Below, piece after piece: positions 1 to 5,348 of a stretch of DNA of 5,842 bases. Made by a program: the position numbers and the translations under genes. Under the pieces are notes generated by a model. It was not told the origin of the DNA and made no database searches. It saw only the letters and a program-made list of their open reading frames with translations. The stretch covers positions 1 through 5,842 of IMG/VR virus record IMGVR_UViG_3300020030_000030; one strand, 5' to 3'. Positions within the stretch are counted from its first letter, which is position 1. Every line of letters starts with the position of its first letter. This DNA comes from a virus.

Positions 1-51
1 AGTAATACACCGGACGAATCGAAAGCATATCGATCATATAACCAGGCTCAT
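1..51. repeat. Direct terminal repeat, copy 1 (assembly overlap of a circular genome)
   Basis: Positions 1-51 (agtaatacaccggacgaatcgaaagcatatcgatcatataaccaggctcat) are identical to 5792-5842. Confidence 0.97.
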
Positions 52-1366
52 CGAAATAATAAGACTGCGAACGACCGAGTTTAACATTAAAGGCAATAGC
101 ACCACCTTGCTGACCAAGAGGCTGATAAATACCAGAACCGGCACCAGATTCTCCAAACATATTTTCACCAGATGTATTCATGATTACTTGTACGTTAACC
201 TCCTGAGAAGCGGAGAAGAGTAGTTTCGGGCGATCAACATGGGCAATCTTCGAAGCGAAGAATGTTTCGAGCCAATCCGAATAACGAGAGCCACCAGCAC
301 CAAGGAGGTCCTTGTACTCCTGCAAACGAGATGCAATAGCCAACTGAGGAATGGTTGTAACGCCTGTCATCGAAACAGAATCAGAAATGCCATTAGGAAG
401 CAAACGGCTGAAACGATCGGGATTCGACGGAACAACAGCCATCGGATGAGTAAGAGAAAAGAATTGATAAAGACCAATAGAGGCCGAACCAGAAGTCGAG
501 AGATAGCCATCTGGACCATTATTAACAAACTTAGAAACAGGGATAGGAGCCACGGGGTAGCCATCGGAATCACCCGAGTTCGCTGAATCAAAATCACTAC
601 GAATAATCTGAAAGAAAAGGTCCGAACGGTTATACGAATTATTCGAAGTGGCGACAGCTGACGGATAAAAACGACTCTCGTAATAAGCATCCAAGAATTC
701 GAGATTACCGTATTGCTGCTTAAAGACCTTAGCGATCGAGGCGCCAACATAAGAGGTGGAATAAACATCTTCCGTAGCGGACGCCCAATAAAGAGACCAA
801 TTTGCGGGCCAAGCAAAGGAATAAACTCCCCACTGGGAATAAGCGTAATAATTACGAACAATATCCCAATAGGCTAAATAAGTATCCGCATTAAACCAGT
901 CGGAAGGGGTTAAAGATGAGGGAATGTCATTAACGGCTCCAGAGGTATTCGTAAGAGACGAGACGCGTTTACCACAAATGGCGCGAAGCCAAAACATCAA
1001 AGAATTAGACGCAGCGGTATCAAAAGAGCCGACACCGGCAGTAGTAGGACTAATAACAGGCGCCCAATTCAACGACAAGTTATTCATGTCGAATTTGCTG
1101 CTATTCGTCCTCAACTCAGGGTGATACAACTGAAGAGGCACCCAGAAACGATGAAGCCGTACCGTGTACGGATTAAACGACGGCACAGCGAGAGGATTGG
1201 AACGAACATCAATACCTTGTTCAATAGTTACTCGATCACGAGCGTTAATGAAATCGATGCGAACAGGGTAAAGGATTCCAGGCGTCATAGTAAACGCCTT
1301 AGATTCCGGAACGTCGTAACGGGAATAACCGTTGACGACGTGAGAAATAAAAGGTTGTTTTCCCAT
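1..1366 (-). CDS. VP1: Microviridae major capsid protein (VP1/F family), N-terminal 455 codons. The ORF runs off the window start and continues across the circular junction at 5791->5349, giving 602 aa in total.
   Basis: The ATG is at 1366-1364, three codons after an in-frame TAA (1375-1373). I translated every codon from 1366 to 2 by hand and found no stop. The product begins MGKQPFISHVVNGYSRYDVPESKAFTMTPGILYPVRIDFINARDRVTIEQGIDVRSNPLAVPSFNPYTVRLHRFWVPLQLYHPEL and later contains LGAGGSRYSDWLETFF. These are typical microvirus capsid signatures (recognised from memory of the family, not from a search). It is missing from the ORF track only because it has no stop inside the window on this side. 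The frame at position 37 (ATG of MIDML) matches 5828 of track ORF 5349..5828. Confidence 0.93.
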   Translation of the reverse strand, partial: MGKQPFISHVVNGYSRYDVPESKAFTMTPGILYPVRIDFINARDRVTIEQGIDVRSNPLAVPSFNPYTVRLHRFWVPLQLYHPELRTNSSKFDMNNLSLNWAPVISPTTAGVGSFDTAASNSLMFWLRAICGKRVSSLTNTSGAVNDIPSSLTPSDWFNADTYLAYWDIVRNYYAYSQWGVYSFAWPANWSLYWASATEDVYSTSYVGASIAKVFKQQYGNLEFLDAYYESRFYPSAVATSNNSYNRSDLFFQIIRSDFDSANSGDSDGYPVAPIPVSKFVNNGPDGYLSTSGSASIGLYQFFSLTHPMAVVPSNPDRFSRLLPNGISDSVSMTGVTTIPQLAIASRLQEYKDLLGAGGSRYSDWLETFFASKIAHVDRPKLLFSASQEVNVQVIMNTSGENMFGESGAGSGIYQPLGQQGGAIAFNVKLGRSQSYYFDEPGYMIDMLSIRPVYY

Positions 1367-1372
1367 AGAAAG

Positions 1373-2443
1373 TTATATTAAAGTGAGACCATAATGGTCA
1401 TGCCAAAACTGGGTAATATCCCGATCCAACCAGGGAGGAGCCTGGATGTCCGGAATATTACCAGCAGAAGAAAATTCACGGAACTTTTTCAACTCCCATG
1501 AATACGTCTCTCGAGAGGATAAGGCGGAAGTGGGAAGCGCCAGCTCAACACACAAATCAACGATGCGACGCACCAAAGGAGACCGGCTGAAACGTGCATA
1601 AGCGTCAGCAGAACGAATCGCGCGCTTCTGCTCGTCTTTCGGTTGCAAATATCGGTTATAGTACCGAGGAATCGCATAATTAAACGTGCGACCAGTGCCA
1701 AGATCGGTATAAGACCAAGTCGACACAGAAAAAGAAGGAGCACGGCGAATACCGAGATAATCACCAACGCCAGCAGATACGAATTTTCTCGTATAACGCT
1801 TATGTTGGAGGAGGCGAGATAATAAAGTAGGTTTTCCATCTATAGTGACAGTTTTTTCGCCGAGTTGAGCGGAATCATAAGCAATTTGTTTAACGACGTA
1901 TTTAACACAGTATCGAGCACGTTTATGTGAAGCTTTCGAGAGCCAGACATAACCAAGGTCAGAAACAGCGGACCGGATTGCATTATACAACACATCTGTT
2001 CCAAAAAGGAATCCGTGGAAATGCAAACGCGGTTCCATACCAGATTGAGGATGCGTACCGAACTCTTGGAAGAAACAATGTTTAAACGAGTGTCCTATAC
2101 GATGTCGCACACGCTCATTCCATTTTCGGATGAACCAAGCAGGATCTCGAAGTGCTGATTCATAATGCTGGGGAGCGATAGTAATAGTAATAAAAATGGC
2201 CTGCCGAGATTCAGCCTTACAACGGGCTAATTCTCGTTCTATACGAACGAACCAGTCGTTTCGAAGACGACGCAGACAATCCTCACACTTACCACAAGGA
2301 ACCATAAGCCATTGACGGGAGACGTCCCAAGGACGAAGAGCTAGAGCTGACTTATGGTCACAATCCACATTAAACCCTGTGCGAGGGCGAGTCTTATCGA
2401 AATAACGACGATTACGAATCCATATAGGATGCTGGCAGGCCAT
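1373..2443 (-). CDS. VP4: Rolling-circle replication initiation protein (HUH endonuclease; Microviridae VP4 / phiX A-like), 356 aa
   Basis: The Cys cluster PCGKCEDC lies at 2296-2276. Motif I FITITI is at 2194-2177. Motif II LHFHGFLF (the HUH motif) is at 2026-2003. Motif III YCVKYVVK, with two catalytic-type Tyr in YxxKY spacing, is at 1912-1889. The ATG is at 2443 and the TAA at 1375-1373. Motif order and spacing fit microvirus Rep proteins. Confidence 0.93.
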   Translation of the reverse strand: MACQHPIWIRNRRYFDKTRPRTGFNVDCDHKSALALRPWDVSRQWLMVPCGKCEDCLRRLRNDWFVRIERELARCKAESRQAIFITITIAPQHYESALRDPAWFIRKWNERVRHRIGHSFKHCFFQEFGTHPQSGMEPRLHFHGFLFGTDVLYNAIRSAVSDLGYVWLSKASHKRARYCVKYVVKQIAYDSAQLGEKTVTIDGKPTLLSRLLQHKRYTRKFVSAGVGDYLGIRRAPSFSVSTWSYTDLGTGRTFNYAIPRYYNRYLQPKDEQKRAIRSADAYARFSRSPLVRRIVDLCVELALPTSALSSRETYSWELKKFREFSSAGNIPDIQAPPWLDRDITQFWHDHYGLTLI

Positions 2444-2446
2444 AAT

Positions 2447-2644
2447 TTAAAAAATAGATTGCAAAACGTCTATCTTGTAATGAGGATTATCTCGACGAAG
2501 GCGAACGGCATAATCCAAGGCATCATGATGTTCCTGAAACCAAACGAGGATAATTCTCTTACGACCACGATAATAACCGACAGAGAAACGGAAAGGTCTG
2601 TCAGCTACTACCTGAGGTCTAAAGGGGCAATAAAAAGGATCCAT
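2447..2644 (-). CDS. Hypothetical 65-aa protein immediately upstream of Rep. By position it could be a C/VP5-like replication or packaging accessory protein, but this is not established.
   Basis: The ATG at 2644-2642 overlaps the TAA of the upstream basic micro-ORF (TAATG). The stop lies 3 nt before the Rep ATG. The ORF is not a +1-frame artefact and has an ordinary mixed composition (MDPFYCPFRPQVVADRPFRFSVGYYRGRKRIILVWFQEHHDALDYAVRLRRDNPHYKIDVLQSIF). Confidence 0.55.
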   Translation of the reverse strand: MDPFYCPFRPQVVADRPFRFSVGYYRGRKRIILVWFQEHHDALDYAVRLRRDNPHYKIDVLQSIF

Positions 2645-2727
2645 TAAAGAACCTTACCACCGACAGGGCGAGTAACAACGCGGGTGCCGTTACCGCGACT
2701 TTTCTTCTTTTTTCGTGCCATCGTCAT
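2644..2727 (-). CDS. Candidate small, highly basic DNA-binding peptide, analogous to phiX174 J or gokushovirus ORF8. It is 27 aa from ATG 2727, or 25 aa from ATG 2721.
   Basis: The peptide is M-T-MARKKKKSRGNGTRVVTRPVGGKVL, with about 9 K/R in 25 residues. It fills what would otherwise be a 45-nt gap between the stop at 2690 and the next ATG at 2644, in a genome where other gaps are 2-6 nt. Its TAA overlaps the next ATG (TAATG). It sits just upstream of the Rep block, as ORF8 does in gokushoviruses. Caveat: this is the tail of a +1-frame ORF (track 2644..2886), and that frame is open by codon bias throughout the genome. Confidence 0.4.
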   Translation of the reverse strand: MTMARKKKKSRGNGTRVVTRPVGGKVL

Positions 2728-3013
2728 TAAGTTTAAGTACAACAAAGTTAGGAAAAAAATCCATACCAACAAAGGTTGAAAGCGTACAAATCGAAGAAAA
2801 CAGACAACCAAGGTTATCCGAAGTAATAAAAGCCTTACCGCCGAGCAGCGAATCGTAACGAACGAGAGGTGCAGCAGCAGGAGCAAGTTTTAGAAGAACG
2901 GCTTCGATGTCAGTGTCGGGAACGAACTGTCCCTGAGCTTCATTGATAATACCGGTCTGAACGTCATAAACCGGAACCTGAGGTGCGAGAATACGTACAA
3001 TAATCTGTTTCAT
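2690..3013 (-). CDS. Hypothetical 107-aa protein. A scaffolding-type role is possible on position alone.
   Basis: The ATG at 3013 is 2 nt after the stop of the upstream ORF (3018-3016). It is on the same strand as all other genes. The N-terminal ~70 aa look like an ordinary soluble protein (MKQIIVRILAPQVPVYDVQTGIINEAQGQFVPDTDIEAVLLKL...). I recognised no family motif. Confidence 0.55.
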   Translation of the reverse strand: MKQIIVRILAPQVPVYDVQTGIINEAQGQFVPDTDIEAVLLKLAPAAAPLVRYDSLLGGKAFITSDNLGCLFSSICTLSTFVGMDFFPNFVVLKLNDDGTKKEEKSR

Positions 3014-3015
3014 AA

Positions 3016-3342
3016 TTAAAAAGTTGAACGAGATAAAATTTTAATCCATTTCTTAGAAAGCTCAAACCAAAAATCATACCCTTCAGAAGTATCCGCAAAG
3101 CCAAAAGCGCCAGAAATGTAATTAACAGGTTCAGCACGAAATAAAAAATCGAAGACAGACCTGCCATGGCGGGTGCAAAGATAAGAAGCGTAATTAGAGT
3201 AAAGACCTTCGCGATCAATAAACCGAACAAACGATAAAGCAGCGCAAAATTGAAAATAAGAAGCTTTCATAAGAATAAGGTTTAATGTTGTACCGCAAAG
3301 ATACGCAAAAATCGAACGAACGAAAGTCCAAAATGAGAACAA
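3016..3342 (-). CDS. Hypothetical aromatic-rich protein. It is 108 aa if initiated at TTG 3342, or 84 aa from the first ATG at 3270.
   Basis: The track start at 3342-3340 is TTG (plus-strand caa), 5 nt after the VP2 stop. The first ATG in frame is at 3270-3268 (MKASYFQFCAALSFVRFIDREGLYSNYASYLCTRHG...FADTSEGYDFWFELSKKW). It is tightly packed between VP2 and the next ORF. I recognised no family. Confidence 0.55.
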   Translation of the reverse strand: MFSFWTFVRSIFAYLCGTTLNLILMKASYFQFCAALSFVRFIDREGLYSNYASYLCTRHGRSVFDFLFRAEPVNYISGAFGFADTSEGYDFWFELSKKWIKILSRSTF

Positions 3343-3347
3343 AATTA

Positions 3348-4586
3348 TTACTTTCGGGAACGACCGCGCAAATCTTTACGACGAACCATAGTACCACCAA
3401 GGAATTCGCCATTACGATCGTAGTGTTCCGTAGAAGTCTCGGACACGCGGACAGGACCACCGGCAGCACGGGTCATAGCAGAACCGGCAGCAGCACCAAC
3501 AGCGCCGGAGAAGTAGCGAAGCATGTCATAACCGAGACGATTTTTTTCATTGCGAACAGACCAACGAGATTCGGCCTTCGAAAGATCGGCAGACGAAAGA
3601 TCGAGAGAGCGAAGCTCCATAGCGATCTGTTTGCCGGTATAACGCTCGGTCTTAACAACCTTGCCTTTCTCATCATAACGAGGAACATCTACTTCGACAT
3701 TCCAGTTAACATCAAACCAGTTCTGAGCATCAGCAAGACGAACGCCAGCAAGAGCGGCATTAGCCTTAAGCTCACCGCCAGAAGCCATAGATTCGTAAGC
3801 GCGAGCAGCATCGAGAGCGATCTGAGCATCGAGAACACGATCCATATACTCGACATTATACTTACGAAGGCCATTATATTCCTCAACGTGCTTCGAATAC
3901 TGAGCAATAAGATCCTGGAACTTATAAGTAGCGGAAGTGTCAGCATAAACAGCATCAGCCTGATAAATACGAGCTAAAGCCTCATTCATATCAGCAACAG
4001 CGCGAGCATCCTGAACACCAGCCTCCTGAATCTGTTTATTAAGATTAGCGATAGACTGATAATACTCAGGAGACTGCATTTTAGCTCGAATATCACTAGC
4101 TTCGGCACGATCACGATCGGCAGCAGCACGATCACGATCAGCAGCAGCAGAAGAAGCCATGAGAGCAGAAGCACCGCCGGTAGCGGCAGAACCAAGACCA
4201 GCTATAGGACTCGAAAAGTCCATAGGACCAGCAGAAGGACCTGAAGCACCACCAGCTGAAGCACCACCGGCAGACATAGTAGCATTAACTCCAACGCCAG
4301 AAGCGCCAAGGACACCAGCAGGAGTAACGCCGGCTTTACGATAACGCTCAAAAATCGCCGAAGGATCATTATAAGCATTCTCATAATCGAACTGCTTCTG
4401 CCAATTGGTATAATTAAGCTCAGACTGCTTCTGCAGTTGCTCGAGGGCATACCGCTGTTGGAGAGCCATCTGCTTTTGTTGATATTTCCACTGACGTTTA
4501 AGGCCAGGCTTAAAAATACCGCCAGTGGCGTTACCAAGAATGGAGGCACCAGCACCGATAATAGCACCAGTAGTAACGGGATCCAT
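3348..4586 (-). CDS. VP2: DNA pilot / minor capsid protein (Microviridae VP2, phiX H-like), 412 aa
   Basis: The N-terminus is Gly-rich and hydrophobic (MDPVTTGAIIGAGASILGNATGGIF). It is followed by a Q/K-rich helix and the conserved-looking AYNDPSAIFERYRKAGVTPAGVLG block (4376-4305). Next comes a G/A/S low-complexity linker and a long helical, coiled-coil-like C-terminal half. This architecture and the gene size are typical of VP2 pilot proteins. The ATG is at 4586 and the TAA at 3350-3348. Confidence 0.85.
   Translation of the reverse strand: MDPVTTGAIIGAGASILGNATGGIFKPGLKRQWKYQQKQMALQQRYALEQLQKQSELNYTNWQKQFDYENAYNDPSAIFERYRKAGVTPAGVLGASGVGVNATMSAGGASAGGASGPSAGPMDFSSPIAGLGSAATGGASALMASSAAADRDRAAADRDRAEASDIRAKMQSPEYYQSIANLNKQIQEAGVQDARAVADMNEALARIYQADAVYADTSATYKFQDLIAQYSKHVEEYNGLRKYNVEYMDRVLDAQIALDAARAYESMASGGELKANAALAGVRLADAQNWFDVNWNVEVDVPRYDEKGKVVKTERYTGKQIAMELRSLDLSSADLSKAESRWSVRNEKNRLGYDMLRYFSGAVGAAAGSAMTRAAGGPVRVSETSTEHYDRNGEFLGGTMVRRKDLRGRSRK
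4107..4148 (-). repeat. In-frame tandem duplication (2 x 21 nt, one mismatch) inside VP2, encoding AAADRDR twice
   Basis: On the plus strand, acgatcacgatcGgcagcagc (4107-4127) is followed by acgatcacgatcAgcagcagc (4128-4148). On the minus strand this translates in frame as SAAADRDRAAADRDRAE. Confidence 0.9.
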
Positions 4587-4588
4587 AG

Positions 4589-4786
4589 CTAAGGGCGTTT
4601 AAAATTACCAATCTGTTCGTAAGTTATGGTAGTCCTTGTCGTATCTCCGGACTTAACGGAAGAGGCTGACTGAACGACGTAGTGTCGCGTCGTACACGAG
4701 CTGAGGAAAAAAGCCGCAAGGGCAGCCACGATCGACGTAACCAGCGTCCAAAACTTTTTGGAGTGTAAAACATCTTTAAGAGTCAT
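4589..4786 (-). CDS. Small (65 aa) predicted lipoprotein or N-terminally membrane-anchored protein
   Basis: The sequence is MTLKDVLHSKKF-WTLVTSIVAALAAFF-LSSC-TTRHY... It has a positively charged n-region, a 16-residue hydrophobic core, and an L-S-S-C lipobox (Cys31 codon at 4696-4694). The predicted mature part is 35 aa, polar, and rich in T/S. It is a stand-alone ORF, not embedded in another gene. The ATG is at 4786, and the TAG at 4591-4589 lies 2 nt before the VP2 ATG. Confidence 0.65.
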   Translation of the reverse strand: MTLKDVLHSKKFWTLVTSIVAALAAFFLSSCTTRHYVVQSASSVKSGDTTRTTITYEQIGNFKRP

Positions 4787-4817
4787 AATTTAGAGTAATT
4801 AAAGAACGATAGAAAAA

Positions 4818-4900
4818 TGCGCGGACACTTAGAGACGCGTTGATTACTTAAGTAACTGTGCAACAGAAGATTCACTGACTCTCTTCAGTAGTCCCGCGCA
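4818..4900. repeat. GC-rich inverted repeat that could close an ~83-nt structured domain
   Basis: TGCGCGG (4818-4824) is the exact reverse complement of CCGCGCA (4894-4900). After a 1-nt bulge (c4893) there are two more pairs (a4825-t4892, c4826-g4891). The domain encloses the 12-bp palindrome at 4844-4855 and a 5-bp hairpin, ACTGA (4874-4878) with TCAGT (4885-4889). Confidence 0.55.
4844..4855. repeat. Perfect 12-bp palindrome TTACTTAAGTAA
   Basis: The sequence is self-complementary over all 12 positions and is centred between 4849 and 4850. It is located about 60 nt upstream of the lipoprotein ATG on the coding strand. Confidence 0.8.
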
Positions 4901-4958
4901 CGTAGCATATATTGTCTAGTAAAGAAAGATCTATTTTTCTTCAGAGACTTAGTATTTT

Positions 4959-4999
4959 AAGGGGTGATAACCAAGGCAAAGCCCTGATTATCACCTCTT
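4959..4999. other. Long imperfect stem-loop (19 stem positions: 16 Watson-Crick pairs, one G-T and two mismatches; 3-nt AAA loop)
   Basis: The sequence is aaGGGGTGATAACCAAGGC-aaa-GCCCTGATTATCACCTCtt. The perfect 8-bp core GGTGATAA (4963-4970) pairs with TTATCACC (4988-4995). The apical GGC (4975-4977) pairs with GCC (4981-4983). The structure starts 20 nt downstream of the TGA of the 102-aa ORF on the coding strand. No U-tract follows it on the coding strand. Confidence 0.7.
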
Positions 5000-5019
5000 T
5001 GCGGCCGGGCAGAGTGGGG

Positions 5020-5328
5020 TCACTTACCATCACCTTCGGTGCTGGTGGTTTCAGTCTTCGACTGACCACTCTTGGCCGAGAGCGCAGAATCAATCAACTC
5101 CTGACCAACCTCGAGACCATCGAACTTGTCCATACGAGAGTACGAGTTAGGATCAAAGTCGATATCGGGATCAAAACGATCACGCTTATCCCAGTCCGAC
5201 TGCTGGGCAGGGACATCAGGGCGACCGGGAAGAACTTCCACAGAACCGGAGCCATTCAAAACAGACTGAATGCGCTCACCACGAGAGATATACTGAGGAA
5301 GGGTTTCAATTAGCCAATTAAGTGCCAT
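5020..5328 (-). CDS. Hypothetical acidic 102-aa protein directly downstream of the capsid gene. A scaffolding-like role is only a guess.
   Basis: The ATG at 5328 is 20 nt after the VP1 stop, and the TGA is at 5022-5020. The protein is rich in D/E/P (DWDKRDRFDPDIDFDPNSYSRMDKFDGLE). It is co-oriented with all other genes. The competing plus-strand ORF 4912..5313 is Arg/Leu-rich and looks like antisense noise. Confidence 0.6.
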   Translation of the reverse strand: MALNWLIETLPQYISRGERIQSVLNGSGSVEVLPGRPDVPAQQSDWDKRDRFDPDIDFDPNSYSRMDKFDGLEVGQELIDSALSAKSGQSKTETTSTEGDGK

Positions 5329-5348
5329 AATACAGAAATTTCGAACAA

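Larger units (their letters stand above)
4787..5019 (-). promoter_or_regulatory. Main intergenic region (233 nt). It is the likely site of promoter(s), terminator or RNA-stability structures, and possibly cis-acting replication or recombination signals.
   Basis: This is the only non-coding stretch longer than 50 nt in the genome. It holds several inverted repeats (listed as separate features). It lies between the stop of the 102-aa ORF and the start of the lipoprotein-VP2 gene string. I could not place a convincing sigma70 or Bacteroides (TTTG / TAnnTTTG) promoter by eye. Confidence 0.6.

Noticed and set aside
367-861. 164-aa minus-strand ORF inside the capsid gene as an independent gene
   Set aside because: Its start codon is TTG. 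It is in the +1 frame of VP1, like every other spurious-looking minus ORF. Its L/F/I/R-rich sequence is what T-rich third positions of VP1 would produce. It is kept only as part of the genome-wide +1-frame observation.
1364-1375. Rep and VP1 are in the same frame, separated by TAA plus two codons: possible readthrough fusion
   Set aside because: Sharing a frame has a one-in-three chance. No readthrough context or downstream structure was noticed. A Rep-capsid fusion has no precedent that I know of.
239-1381. Plus-strand ORFs 239..586, 924..1124 and 1121..1381
   Set aside because: All are antisense to the continuous capsid ORF and have Arg-rich, noise-like composition.
2354-2647. Plus-strand 97-aa ORF spanning the Rep start and the 65-aa ORF; also plus-strand ORF 4159..4344 (Pro/Ala/Glu-rich)
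   Set aside because: Both are antisense to better-supported minus-strand genes. The second is simply the complement of the VP2 G/A/S low-complexity region.
2690-2727. Programmed frameshift on the A6 run joining the 107-aa ORF to the basic tail
   Set aside because: The required shift is +1, and the run is only six A with no canonical slippery heptamer in frame. Separate initiation at ATG 2727 or 2721 is simpler. It is mentioned only as an alternative under the micro-ORF finding.
3285-3977. Longest plus-strand ORF (230 aa), antisense to VP2
   Set aside because: It lies entirely antisense to a well-supported VP2 gene. It is Ser/Thr/Arg/Ile-rich and low in complexity, with no recognisable motif. 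Microviruses transcribe one strand only. Its length is explained by the codon bias of the sense gene.
4959-4999. Calling the hairpin a canonical rho-independent terminator
   Set aside because: No U-tract follows it on the coding strand (TTAAAATAC), and only a short TCTTT follows on the other strand. It is reported as a structure with open function instead.
4787-5019. Assigning specific promoter boxes (sigma70 -35/-10 or Bacteroides TTTG/TAnnTTTG) in the intergenic region
   Set aside because: Candidate hexamers (for example TTGCAC, TATATG) do not have acceptable spacing, and no TAnnTTTG match was found by eye. A claim would be guesswork without 5'-end data.
4912-5313. Plus-strand 133-aa ORF overlapping the 102-aa acidic ORF and the big hairpin
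   Set aside because: It is Arg/Leu/Thr-rich and looks like antisense sequence. It is on the opposite strand to every other gene. Its 5' end would lie in the structured intergenic region. The minus-strand ORF fits the tight gene packing, with its ATG 20 nt after the VP1 stop.
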